Shown piece after piece: positions 26,005-39,600 of a stretch of 64,000 bases of DNA. Position 1 is the stretch's first letter, and the number at the start of each line of letters is the position of its first letter. The stretch covers positions 7,812,001-7,876,000 of the forward strand of contig NW_024704755.1 in the NCBI RefSeq assembly GCF_018977255.1, given 5' to 3'. The translations under genes and the position numbers were made by a program. Source of the DNA: Callorhinchus milii. Lineage: Eukaryota. Below the pieces are notes generated by a model, which was not told the DNA's origin, made no database searches, and was given only the letters and a program-made list of their open reading frames with translations.

Positions 26005-29000
26005 CTATTGCAAACGTGCATCAAGGATAGGTTTTTTACTGCTTTGTGGTGGGGTTAAAACACCAGAAGGCACAGGAGAAGTCCTGCTTAGTTCAGATAA
26101 CAAAGCTTGCTTTTCTTGAGCTTTATCCTAGAATAAAGGAATAAAATTAGAAATGCATTATTTCACTTAGGATATTTATTAGTTTTGGTTAGTAACTTCG
26201 TGGATCACTAGACTGTAGTATTAGTGAAGTTTGAAAACTAGAAGACTTCCTGACTGTAAAGCAAAATAGTCATGAATAAGATGACTTGTCCAATGCAATT
26301 CACAATCATAGCATTTGTAGTCAGCTTGGAGTCAATTGCATTGCTTGTGAAACCTCCCTCAGGTGAAGTCAGGGCTCTAGCATTATTAATACCACCTCAA
26401 CCGATTTATACAGACAGATCTTTGAAAGACATTACGTATTAAGTTCATTCTATCGGCCTGTACAGTAAAAGTACTAGAGAGTCCGAACCTTCAGTCGCTA
26501 CTTTAACATTGATTAGTTTAATACATCTACACCCATGTGTGACTCACCAGTAAGAACAGGCTGTTTGAGTGAGTCTGTATATTGTGTACATCTTCCACTG
26601 CTATGTCTTTCAACTTCTTCAGTTTTGTACTTCCCACTTCTCTTAGGGCCATAGCAAATGGAACCATCCATTTCACACATGCTTCTATTTCATTCCATTC
26701 AAAACCTAAATGTCAAATAGTCATTATCTTTCCACTTCTCATAGCACCTTATATTCTAGTATTGGAAACATTCTACCACATGCAATATAATCACATTGAC
26801 TACATTTGCATTTACAAATCTGTCATTACCAATTAATACTGCAGAAAAGCTTCCAGATAGGTAGGCAATGCTATTACATGATGCAGTACTAAGCTACAAT
26901 CTGCTTAAATGTGCCAGGGTACAGCATTAATAACACTTCAATTTGCTTTAGTACCTCTGCGATTCATGGGTGGGGGAAAAAAGTTCCCATTCCCAATCAC
27001 TGGCCAGCAGCCTTGCCCAAATGTATGGGACAGGATTAGACTTTGTACAATGTCTGCTGACTTTCTCTCTCCCATCCCCACATGAATAGCTAAAGCTCAC
27101 ACATTTCTACTCAGCAGTAAGATAGCTTCAGGAATGGAAGACAAAGACAGCCTTCAGAAGTTGTAACTGGTCTATACCTGAGACTTTGCAGATCACTTCA
27201 CATGACGAAAAGTGGTACAAAGCTGAAGCTGCTATTAATCCATATGTAAACTCTAAACACTTGAGATCCAAGATACAGAGATCCAAAAGCTGTTGGGGAA
27301 AAAAATTGGGTTAATTTCAATATCATATATAAAATTAAATTTAAACATGCAAGTAACTGAATTGCACTTGTAAATGTATGAATTTGAACCAATGTTAAAA
27401 ATTTATGTAGCTCCCTTCACCTGGATAATATCTGAGCACTTAACCACATTATATGGGAGCTATATAGAGACCGAGTTGGCTTAACTTGAAAGTGGTACTG
27501 AATAAAGATTACAGCATCAATAAGTAGGATTGTACCATTCTTGCACAACTCAAACACAGTGCTCAGGAATTTGATATGTAGATTCTTTTTTGCAGCTCAT
27601 TAGTTGTGAGCAAAACAGACCATAATAATAGGGCATATTCTGGCACAGTGGTTACTGGATGGGGCACAACAGTTTTTCCTACATTAGGATGTGAGTTTAC
27701 AGTTGTTCAGGCAAGAAGTCATGGAGGATAACAAATAAGGCAGAGGAGAATGGCAATTACACGATCCCCAACAATGCAAATCAAATTGAAGGCCCCTACC
27801 AGCCAATTGAGTTCTCTTTTCTCTCTTCCATGCCCCACAATCACTAAGCAAAAAAAAGCATTACCACCCTTCAAACATTCTCAGGCAGTAGATATGAAAT
27901 CTGTTATCTACTCGTGAGGCAACAACCCATAGATACCCAGTGAAGCATGTCCTAGTTTAGATACTGGAAATATTGGGAGATACAATGAGGTGTAGATGAA
28001 TTCTAACATTTCCCCATAACTATTGATTTGACAAGAAAATGCTCTGCCAAATCTGCAGCTCTACTGATGTGGAAGCTTTAAGACCCCTTCAAGACAAGCC
28101 TGAAACAGGCAATTTGCTGCCAAACCTTCACCAGAGCTGACTTCAACTGGCCAATAAATGCACAACAGCTGGTAAAGATTATGGATCATTCTGCCTCTTG
28201 TCTATTGGTTAATCAGAGTCACGGCCTCAGTAACTATATGAAGTAATTGAAGCAGAAAAGCAAACAAATGCTGTACTAGATTTCAATTCAATGCAGTATT
28301 TAAAGAATAAGCAAATGCAGTGGAATATCTGAAGATATTTACCTCCATTATTTGTACAAATACTTCCTGAGGATATTGTGGTACCAGCACTTCATACATT
28401 TCTTTCAAATATGCAACTTGCATGTAGATGTTCAGCCACGACACAATAGTTATGGGACACAAACTCCATTTCAGAGCCTAGAACAGAATACTGTACTGTT
28501 AATTACTTGCCAACAATATTACCAGTGATCAGATACAGATCATAACTTGCTCTAGGTCTGCTATTCCAGCTTAGTTTCTTTTTCAAACTTAAGTTTGCTT
28601 TATTGGCCAAATTTGTATCTCTTGTATTGGCCACATTAAGGGCAAACCTGGAAACAGTAGTCATACAGTTCAATATGGTACCTTTAGAATAATAAGTTCA
28701 GTGTCAAGGATTTCATCTTCTGTGCAAGCACCATCTGTAACATAGGCAAACTGGTGCAGCTTTGGTGGGTAAATTTCCTGCAACAAAAATGCACAATTAA
28801 GTATACTTCAGTTGCATGAGAAGTGTAAGATAATTAAAGAATCCAGCAGAACCAATCATTCTCCTACCTCCAGTTTTGCAGCGATAAACAAAGCTGAAAT
28901 GCCAATAAGTTGAAGGCGGGTTTTCACAACATTTTGCTGTGTTGCCATAAATCGGTCAAAGAAGTCCTGAGCAAGATAAAGTGTCTCTCGATGTAGTTTA

Positions 29001-29016
29001 TAGACTTCACAAACCT

Positions 29017-29047
<31 letters not shown>

Positions 29048-32000
29048 GAAAGGAAAAAGAATTTTAATTTCTGTAAAAAATCCTACTAGATTTTTTTGGT
29101 TGAGTATAGTACTTGCACTGTATAGATAAGAGGCATCTCAAAGTTAAGTCAATAAGTTTCCCTCCCACCCATATATATTCCACCCAAGCCAAGTAAGAGA
29201 ATAGCTATTTGGGTATCCAAATAGTGGCCATCTGGCACAAATTCTAAACAGCAGCCTGCTCAGTACAAAATGCCAACTACTATGCGAGTGAACAAAGCTT
29301 CTGAATACTACTTACAATTTGGTATAGCGCTTTTCGTATCAGGAAGACATCTTAAAAGCACTTCACAGGATTTAATGTAAAGTGGAAGTGAATAAAAGAA
29401 TTTTATTGGGCGATTGCTCGCCAAGACACCGGGAGAAACTCCCTTCGCTTGAAATGCGTCCACTGGAGGGGTTCAGTTTATAAGACTTGAAATGGCTGGT
29501 CTTCATGGGAGAAGAAGAAAGTGACCAGCTATGTTTAGTCTTATGTAGAAGACTTTTCTTAAAAGAAATGGGTGGAGTATTAGATCAGGATTATCAGTCT
29601 TCCCACTTAAAGCCAGTAGAAATCCATAGTCTGGATTGTAAAATGGTTATCACTACAACAGATTTCTACAAGTATACAAAGATTTTATTTGAGTATTTAC
29701 CTCCATTAGCCAGTCTAGAAGAATAGCCCTCATTTTAGGTTGCAAGAGTGGATGTTTCTGCAAAACATCTTTGTCTCGTAGATATGTTTGATCTTTCTTC
29801 ACAAGATTATTCCAAACTTCATCTCGATTTGCCCAGCTGTTAAAACAAAAGGGCACAGATTAATCATTGAACACAACCAAAAGCAACTGTTCCCAGCCTC
29901 CACTCAGTTTGAGACCTACAACATTGAAGCAAACCCAGTGCATTTTGAGAACAGATGAATGTAGACTTACCCCAATATTGGTAATGGTGAAGCTCTAGTT
30001 GGTGTGACAAAGACATTTTTGAATCTGTACTGCACACAACTGTCAGTATTCAATGTAGCCACACCATCTGGATGTTTTTGGGGTGTTGGAATGAGCCTAC
30101 ATGGACTTGTACAGTTGGGATCAGTATTCCAGCAAGCCTGAAATTAATAAATTGGATACAAGCTGTTTACTACTATATTTGTGGTTTGGGGCAAGAATAA
30201 GAATGAAAAATGCACTTGTGTCTAACTCCCCCCATATTTTCATAAAGCTTACTACTTTGGTAAACTTGAAATGGCAACATGGGACAGAGAGAACATTTCA
30301 CCCACTCCCTGGGATTGTTACCCTCAAGAAATCCCACTGGAGGAAAAAAAACACGTCAAGTGATTATTTAGGGCAAGGCAGTAACCCAACTATTCAAGAG
30401 GGAACTCTGCAACCAGAATTCTCTGCATCTTGTCAACCTCCCTCATTTATATTCTCAATCATTTCTCCACTCATCCACCAATGCAGGAACATTTTCTTAA
30501 TTGCAGCCATGCTTGACCTCCAATTTATTTCCACCAATAGCTAATTCTACTATCCTCAGTCACCTGCAGTGCATTTTAGGACTCCACCCTCCACCCCCTC
30601 TTCATATCCATGCTTCCCATTGATGACATCTGCAAACATGGGAGTTAATTTCCACGTTACACAAAATGACACCCAAAACTACCTTTCTTCCTCCCTGGAT
30701 TCCTTGACATTCTGACTTCCTGTCTCAGAATTAAGCCTCACTGTTTTTCAGTTAATGGATAATCCAAAGCCATCTTCCATAACTCCTGCCAACATCTTCA
30801 TGCTCTGAATTCAACTTACTCAATCTTTCCAACTCAATGAACCTTCAGTTCAAACCCTAATGACTAATCTTCACCATCTACTTCTCACCTGTACTAAATG
30901 CTACATGCCCATCACCCTCACCAACCAATGTTGAAGGTTCTCACCCATAAATCCCTTCATACCTTTGTACCTTCCAATTTCTGATCTTCTGTTAGCTCTA
31001 TCTACTCAACTAGGTCTCTCTCCTGCATGTGTACACTATGAATGGGAAGGTCCCGGGGAGTGAGTAAGTAGGGTTCCCTTGCTGCTGAGGTGGCTCCACA
31101 GCAACATACTGGCCAACAGAATATCTGATTGACTCAACCCTCTCTGGTGGTCTCAATAATCCAGGTCCTGAGTGAGGTGGGTCTGACATCAAACCTTTTA
31201 AATGCTGAAAACCCACCACACTCAGGACTTGAATTATTGAGACCACCAGAGAGGGTTGAGTCGATCTGACATTCTGTTGGCCAATTTGGCTCAATTTTAG
31301 GAACTGGAGGGACAGATCAGTCACAGGGATTCTTCCCACTCAGCTCCTAATGGGGCCTTTAAGCCAAGGCCCCATTAGGTAAGATAGCCCAAGTTGCACT
31401 CATTCATAAATTGTGAGATTTTAGCTGGTTAAATAGCACTATCCCAACATGTTAAGGTCCCCAAGCTTGGCTCTTGTCAACCAGTGCCAAATGCTCTCAG
31501 AACTAGATAAGCATGGTGTGTCTCTTCAGGGAGAGTGCACATTTCTACTGCAGACACAGGGAAATGTGGGAACTGACTGATTTAGAAACTTAAAGAAACA
31601 TAAAGCACAGTGGTTTCCACATGGGTCGGACATCCATCTTGCCAAACTATGATGAAACCCATCAATATTGCAAACATTATATTATATCAACATTTGCAAT
31701 TTTGATACCCAGTTAACCAACTCCACATTTTCAAAAAATATCTTGATTGAGTTACAGAAAGTGAAGTTACCTGTGTGTCGAATGTTTTCTTTGTTTGCGC
31801 TTCTGTAACTTCATCAAAGTCCTGTAAACACTTGGGATAGAATATATTTATTACTAAATCTAGTATTGGAGTAGTAGGAAAAATAGTATGTGGGGGGAGA
31901 GGGGGGGGGGGAAGGGAGAGGGGGGGAGAAGAGAAGAGACAAACTCACAATGGCTACATCTGCTTTTCGCTTTCTGGATCGTAATAGTAGCCCTTTATTT

Positions 32001-32178
32001 TCTTCAGTCTTTGCTGCCTTATCTTCTATCCTCTCACTGGAAAAAAAAGTTTTAAAAAAACGTGCAAATATTACACTGGAGGCATTAGGCCTGAAGTGGG
32101 CATTGCCATGAACCCGCACAGGACCGAGTCTGAGGGGAAATAAATCAAATGTTGTTGTAATTACCTTTTCCTCGGCAT
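26005..32178 (-). CDS. CCNE1: Cyclin E1, complete multi-exon CDS
   Basis: Coding exons (minus): 32178-32165 (MPRK), 32036-31949 ([11 protein letters not shown]), 31830-31771, 30137-29971 (LIPTP...SPLPIL), 29836-29701 ([11 protein letters not shown]), 29014-28868 ([23 protein letters not shown]), 28777-28682 ([18 protein letters not shown]), 28477-28343, 27289-27178, 26705-26548, 26127-26005 ([15 protein letters not shown]7 degron, stop TAG). Position next to URI1 and C19orf12 indicates E1 rather than E2. Confidence 0.96.
30590..30980 (+). mobile_element. Highly decayed L2 fragment in a CCNE1 intron
   Basis: Residual similarity (GTTAATTTCCAC...ATGACACCCAA) to the younger L2 copies. Confidence 0.5.
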
Positions 32179-32239
32179 CTCGTTGAGAGTAAATCTAACT
32201 GAAGGCGCCCTGTGATGGAGAGAAGATAAATTTGGGTTC

Positions 32240-33620
32240 GCTGTGAATGTCGCCCTCAGAGGGTCGGGGCGCGGGCTGCTGAGCGCGGGACGGGAACCGG
32301 ACGACTCCTGGGGCCCAGTCACGTTATCGTTAATGCCCGCGATAATCCCGGACCCTCCCCGGCGCTTCCCTCTCACAAAGGGGCTAATCCAGTGGGTACC
32401 CCACTCGGTCCGGGCCGTCTTTTACCGCGAAAAAAAACCCCACAGCGCACACACACACACACAGAACAGACAGACACACACACACACACCAGCGTCTCTC
32501 TTTTCCCGCTCGGATCGCAGCCCGAAAGAAGCCGAAGCCGGGATCGGGTCAACCCGGGATGGGGGGTGGTGGGGGGGTCGCTTTCATCCCATCACAAATC
32601 ACCCATCACAGGTCGCGCGACCCCTTCGGGGAGAGACTTACCGGGAGACCTCTCTCCGGGGGCGGCGAGTGATGACAAGGAGGGGGCGGCCGAGAGACAG
32701 GGGCGGCCGGGGGTGGTGTCGAGGAGAGGGAAAGCCACCCTGAGTGTGTGGGAGGGTGGGTGAGGGGGGAGAAGGAGGCGGCGGGACGTGTGCAGGTACG
32801 CGGGATCGCTCTCTTTCCCCGCTCGGTGCTGCCGCTTCTTTATAAACGCCACCCGGCTCGACCCCTGTGCGCCTGCGCCACGGCTTTAAACAGCTGGCGG
32901 CATGGACAGAGTCCAAGCGCGTGGCCCCGCCCATACCCAGTAGCCCCGCCCATACCAGGGCCCGAGCTCACCGCGCATGTCCCCCGCCACGGCCCGAGCG
33001 CACTGCGCATGCCCCCCGCCCCGGCCCGAGCGCACTGCGCATGCCCCCCGCCACGGCCCGAGCGCACTGCGCATGCTTCCCCCCGCCCGCCGTGGCCCGA
33101 GCTCACTGCGCATGCCCCCCGCCAAGTCTGGCCTCTGGGGTCTGCGGGACGAGGGAGGAGCCGCGATCGGGCGCGCAATTGTCGGCCGTTCACTACTTCC
33201 CCGGGATGTAAACAAGAGCTGGGCCGGAGCTCGCGAACCCCCGTCCCGGGGTCCGATCTCTGGTCCCTGGCTCCGCGCGGGCCTTGATACCATCTCACGC
33301 TAACCACAGACACTGATGGGTGGGGGTGTGGTGTGGGAAACTCTGCCGCCACTCGCGGCCTACGGTCAGGCCCCGGGGGAGGCGGCTCCGGTTGATCAAT
33401 AATCGTCAGAAATTTGGCGCCGAGTATTTCCTCCCTCCCTCCCTCCCCCGCCCCCCACACCGCGCGCGAAAAAAAAACTGAGGCCTACGGCGGGGATCCG
33501 ACAGTGAAGCCATGGGGTTGGCGCAGCTCTCGAGTCGCGTGAGATGTGCAGTGATCGGGATGGTTCATGTCAAGGCCCTGCCTGGTGAGCGCGGCCTCGG
33601 GACCACGGCCCCCAGTACCC
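32240..33620. promoter_or_regulatory. CCNE1/BtpA-like bidirectional CpG-island promoter; probable CCNE1 non-coding exon 1 ending at 32642
   Basis: TATA-like TTTATAAA at 32839-32846; minus-strand donor CGG|GTAAGT at 32642/32641; E2F-type sites TTTCCCGC (32502-32509), TTTGGCGC (33413-33420) and GCGCGAAA (~33464-33471); divergent ATGs at 32178 and 33512. Confidence 0.8.
32959..33124. repeat. Five tandem ~32-bp units GGCCCGAGCGCACTGCGCATGCCCCCCGCCAC
   Basis: Units read directly; each has an NRF1-like TGCGCATG and a GC box. Confidence 0.9.
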
Positions 33621-36600
33621 GCACTGCCTGTAGCTGATCTCTCTCTCTCTGTCTCTCTCTCTGTGCCCAGGGTCTCCTTGCAGCCACTTGCCCGTGTCTG
33701 ACATCACCGAGGAGGCCTGTCGGGAAGCTGCCGTGTATCTGAGTGCCGGGATCGTACGTACTTCATTCAGTTCACCCCGTTTAGCAAACCGCTTCGATCC
33801 CACTCACAGGCCCAGACCCTCGGCTTGTGTCACGCGTTTTGTTGTCTCTCCCGCATTTTTAATCGGGAACGCAATTAGAAACTTGTTACAGACCATTGTA
33901 ACTTTAATGTCAACACCTCTCAGTGTTAAATATATCATTAGAGGAGTTACTGATACCGCACTAGTAGCCTCTTCACCCTCTACACGCTCCCCCTCGGTGA
34001 CAGCTTCTGCAGACATGGGGGAAATTTCCACATGTATGCGGATGACACCCAACTCTATCTCTCTGCCTCCACCCTGAATTCCAGGACTACTACTACTAAT
34101 AATAATCCTTGCATTTGATATAGCGCTTTTCACGTCGGGAGGACGTCGCAAAGCGCTTCACAGAACACACTGTAAAGTGAATTGACTGTATAATGTCCCA
34201 CAAACAGTCGTAGATTGAAAATGACCAATTTATTATTGTTTTGGGTTTTGGAGGGATTATTATTAGGCTCTGTGTGGAGTAAGGAAACTTGCCCAAGGTT
34301 TCGCCCTGTGCCTGGAATTGAACGCAAATCTCTCACGTGCAAAGCGAGTGCTCTAACCACTGAGCTACAGGACTACTGGCGTCCTGACCGACTGCCTGTC
34401 CCACATCAAGTCCTGGACGAGGGCCAACTTTCTCCAACTTAATGTCAGCAAGACCGAGGCCCTCTTGATTGGCTCGTGCCAGCGCCTCTGCAACTCAGGC
34501 GCTGGCAGCATCAGCCTCCACGGCTGCACACTGAACCTCACTAAGCCAGTCAGGAACCTGGGTGCCTTGTTTGACCCTGAACTGTCCTTTCTCCCCCACA
34601 TCCGCGCCATGACCGGCACTACCTACCACCACCTCCGCAACATTGCCAGACTCATCATTGCCTCACCCCTCACGCTGCCAAAACCCTTATCCACGCATTC
34701 GTCACATCAAGGCTCAATTATGGAAACTCCCTCCTCATTGGTCTTCCCAACTCTTCCCTTCACAAGCTGCAGATCATCCAAAACTCTGGAGAACATGTAC
34801 TCTCGCGCATCAGGCTCCGTGACCACATCACTCCCACCCTTGCCCGACTCCACTGGCTCCCCATCTCTCAGAGGTTCGAATTCAAGATCCTCGTCCTCAC
34901 CTTTAAGGCCATCCATGGCCCTACCCCCTCCTTCCTCTCTGACCTGCTGATTCCCTACCAACCTGCCCGCTCCTTCTGTTCAGCGGGCTCCAGCCTACTC
35001 CATGTCTCCCGCCCAACCCGCCCTACTATCGGTGGCCAGGCTTTCAGCCTCTCCCCCCCCACACTCTGGAACTCCATCCCACGGTCCCTTCGCCTCGCTT
35101 CCTCCCTTGCTCCTTCAAGGCCGATCTCAAGACCCTTCTCTTCGACCATGCCTTTGGTTGCCCTCCCACCTCTCTACCTTCCCTCACCCCTACACCACCC
35201 CTCTCCCATGCTCGGGCCCCGACATCTGACTGTTCAACGCTTTGGGATGTCCTCTCGATGTGAAAGGTGCTCTAAATATAATTTTGTTGTTGTTGTAGCA
35301 GTAGAATTTGGCTTTAATGATCCTGCTTGTGATTATCGACCCAATCTGACCAGACCTAGAGTTCATATGTACCTTGTCCCCAAATGATCAGTGAGTTTGG
35401 TCGTCTGAATCAGAAAGGCAGAACACTATTAATCTACCACAGTTACCTTCAGTGGTTAATAAATAACCTTTTTATTTGATATTGTGTCTTTCACGCTGGG
35501 AGAATGTCGCAAAGTGCTTTACTGTACTTCACTGTAAAATGTAGTGTATGTATAATTGGAGATCGTATCCAAATCAAGCACAACCCAAATCCGCTGTATA
35601 ATACATGCATGGGTGGGTGGGAGGCACGATAGAGAGATGATTCCATGTCGCCTGTATGATTAAAGAAACTGAGCATATTCACGTTTGAGTAAGTACTGGT
35701 TATAAGTCCCAATTCACAATTTACTTTTGGGCAATGAGTTTTAAAAAAATGCTTTGGTGGTGCTAGAATGAAAGGAAATGCTCTGTGAGAATTTTGGGTG
35801 TCTGCAGCATGTTATTTATTGCTTGATTGAAATAGTAGCCCTAACTATAATTCTTATTACAACTGTGGATGTTAATTCAACGGATCTAGATTCCCTCTGC
35901 TATTGTAAATCCTTCAACCCAATTCTCCAGATTTAATCATCATAATGACCATTTATCTTTCATTTAAAATAATAAATAGAAGTACAACAAACTACTCTTA
36001 TCATGGAACACATAGAAAAAACAGTCACATTGGTAGGTGAGAAATAAGTTTTTGAGATGAATCGGAATTGTTTATTTGATTCTAGGATGGACTAATAGTG
36101 GAAAATATGCATGATCTTCCTTACACAATGACCATCGGTCCAGAAGTGACAGCTACAATGTCAGCTGTTTGTACTGCTGTAAGACAATCCTGTCCCAATC
36201 TTCTCCTGGGTGTCCAGATCCTTTCTGCGGCCAACCATCAAGCAATGGCAGTTGCTCTTGCTGCTGGTCAGTACACTGTAAATATTAGTCTCTCATCAAG
36301 TGTAGGTACAGAAAAAGTATATTTACAAGTTGTATAACTGTTCATTTTGAAGCCTCACTGTTGGATGGGTATGAACCAGTTGAAAACTAGTGGCACAATA
36401 AAAGGATTTGGATGTTTAAACTTTGGATAAATAGAGTAAGCTTTGTCAGTGAAACGTTATATTCTCTTTCCTAGGTTTCAATTTTATCCGAGTTGAGGGA
36501 TTTGTGTTCTCGCATATTGCAGATGAAGGTCTTCTAAATGCATGTGCTGGTGACCTTTTGAGGTACCGCAAACAAATAGGAGCTGAGCACATTCAAGTTT

Positions 36601-39600
36601 TTACTGACATCAAAAAAAAGCACAGGTAAATATTGTCATAAGTACATATAATGTCTACCTTTCTGTCAGCTGTAAGTCTTTATAAAATGTGCAGTCCACC
36701 ACTTATGTTTTCAGTACAAGCTTGATATTGTAGATGTCTGGTGAATTATTACAATACACTTTACATTTATACAGCAGCTTTTGCATCGATTGATCATCTC
36801 AACACTGTTGGGTGGGTGTTGAAATGGGTGGGAGGGGAAAGATGACTGAAAGCGCGGTCTTAAAGAGATGCACCTTGAGACAGGCTTTGCATGAGGTGAG
36901 TGAGTCAGTAGGACTCTGGAATGGAGTTCCAAAGAGTCGGGGCAGAATGTTTGAAAGCCCGCCTGCTGATACAATTGAGATTTAATAACTAGATGGTTGT
37001 GGTGTAACAGAAATCTCAATTCCTGTCTACCACGCAAAATTGGTATGATATGGTACAACAAAACTGTTTGTCGGTTACTTGTTATTTGGTTGGGATCCTT
37101 TATCAAGTCAGATTATAACAATACATCTTACATCATTGGATCGTCTCACAAATGTGTCAGCTGAGGTACACTGTAGAAGACCATTGTGCAGATAACACCT
37201 CAAGACTTGAATGGTTTTATTGTATACCAATTGACAAGATTATTTGCTGGAAGCTTTATCGCAAGTGCATACTATAGGTGATGGTACTCCGTCTTAATTT
37301 TCTGACCACAACTGTAAAGATGAGGTTATCAAGACTGCAGGATAAAGGAGTTTGTTGGAGTTGGGGAGTTCATAGCAACATCTGCGTCCATAAAATAAAA
37401 CATCAGCATAGTGTGTGACTGATCTCCTTTTCTTTCTCACTTGGGGTGGAAGACAATTGAACAAGTGGACATCTCCACAGACCACATTACTGTTGCTTTT
37501 AATCAACTCAGCAGGATATATGCTTGAGTGAAGTAGTCTGCTTTCTCTGCCACCCCCATTTTGATACTAGCAAATTTGTTCCAAGGTGTGAATCTAGCTC
37601 CTCAGCAGCTAGCCACACACTTCTGTTACAAGGTAGCAGAACTGTCAAATACATTATCTAAGCCACTACAAGAAAACTATTCTGTCTCCCAAGAGAAATT
37701 TGGCTTTAGCGCCAAATTTCTACTGACAATTGGAAAATCAGCTAAATTTGGATCATTCTGGGTTTTAAGCTATGATTGTTCACCCCTGGTTGGCCATGTA
37801 TTGGCTGCATTGTTTCCAGGAGCAGACTGATTGGACATCTGCTATAAATGTCTGATTTTCTTGTGATTCTGCACCTACGGATTCTGAATAGAGATCCATT
37901 TTTTCTAACAGTTGGTAAGACATTTTGGAAAAATGCAATAGGCTTGAAATACAGCCCAAGAATTACATCTAAGCAGCCCTCAGTGTAAACTGGGAGATCA
38001 AATTCAATTAAATTACTGTGATATAAAATACTGATAATTAGCAATAAAAACACTGTATAAGTTTGTTTTTCAGTGCAGAGTCCTGTGGATGTTTTTTGTG
38101 AAGTTATGCACTGAATGTATTAATGCATTACTATTTGCCTGTTTTTTGACCAAATGCAACAAGCACTTCCTCAATCAGCTTTTCTCAATAATGGATCCAA
38201 ACTGTTCAGTCATTAACATTGCCTTTGTTTCTAGAAGTATCAACAGGATCCTGAAGTTAAGTTCTGCCTCAGACAAAACAATGACTCGTGCTTAACGTGT
38301 TATCAGATTTTCTTTTAGCTCAATTATTCAATTTTGAGATCTATTATTCCTTCCAATCAGGTCTATGTTTATCTGAGCTGATACAGCTACTTGGAAAGAA
38401 TGCAAATTAACAATAGTCTTGAGGTAGTGCTGTTGCCAATAAGTGTAATAATTCTTTATTTTTCCTTTCCATTCTTTTTCATAGTTCCCTCTGCACTAAA
38501 TAATGTTTACTAGTTTTGGGAGCGCCTAAGTGACTTGCTCTCATGCCTCTTACCAGTGCCACATTGTAACCAGCCATTCAGAGTTATACCCAATACAGGG
38601 GTGAAATATTTCAAGAGCTCAGTGTGGGTAATGGTTAGATTGAATAATGACCTGGAGATCTATCATCCACCAACATACTTCCCTACCCTCTTTCAGATTC
38701 CTGACATTTTAAAGAAAAAATGATTCAGGCAGAATTTTTCACAGTGCCATATCTTTTTTGATGAGAAGCTCAAAGTACAGTTGCTTTGTTTTTGCAGCTC
38801 ACACGCTGTGACATCAGATATCAGCCTCCCCGAGACTGCCAAGGCTGCTGAGTTCTTCCTGAGCGATGGTGTCGTCCTGACGGGAACAGCCACTGGAATG
38901 CAGGCAGACCCTGAGGAGCTAAAAGGTATGGAATTCTGAGTGGAATTGCTAATAGATATCACAATACAATTTATATTTATATCGTGCCTTTCACATCAGG
39001 AGGACATCTCAAAGCACTACTGATGTCCTTATGGACATCCATTAGGTACCTTGTGCAAAATCCCAAATTTATGTTTAATTGGTGATTTATAAGTTCCCAA
39101 AGGTTCAATTGTTTTGCATGCTGCCCAGAGTGTGTAGCTGTGAAATATAAATGCTGATAGGATGTTCGGCTCATTTACATCATCAGTAAGTTAAATGTAG
39201 TTCAGCATACTCCACGGGGTATTTTTAATGTTAATGTTAAAATATTGCCTTAGTACTGGTTGCAATTATTGTAAAGGTAGTGCGTATTATTGAATGTGGA
39301 ATACCACCTTTTCCAAGCTGCTTTGCTTTTTATACAAACTACCAATTCCTAAGACATTGGCAGCACATCAGATTACACATTAATTCATAAAAACATGGAA
39401 TCTGATGGCACGTGGTAGATGGGCTGATGTAGGTTACCCCCTATAGTGATGCAATGAAAAGGATAACGAGTGATTCTGTCATTCTATTCATTGGTGAATT
39501 CGGTATTTAATGGGCTCCTGTAATTCTCTCTGTACACGATTTTACAAATAGTTAACAACCTATAATCTTCCAAAGATGATTTCTGCAACAGTGATATGAG

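Noticed and set aside
32959-33124. CRISPR-like appearance of 32-bp repeats
   Set aside because: Head-to-tail with no unique spacers, no cas genes, vertebrate promoter context.
34303-34371. tRNA-Ala(TGC) gene
   Set aside because: Continuous with a SINE body and L2-type tail and flanked by a duplication, so it is a SINE head.
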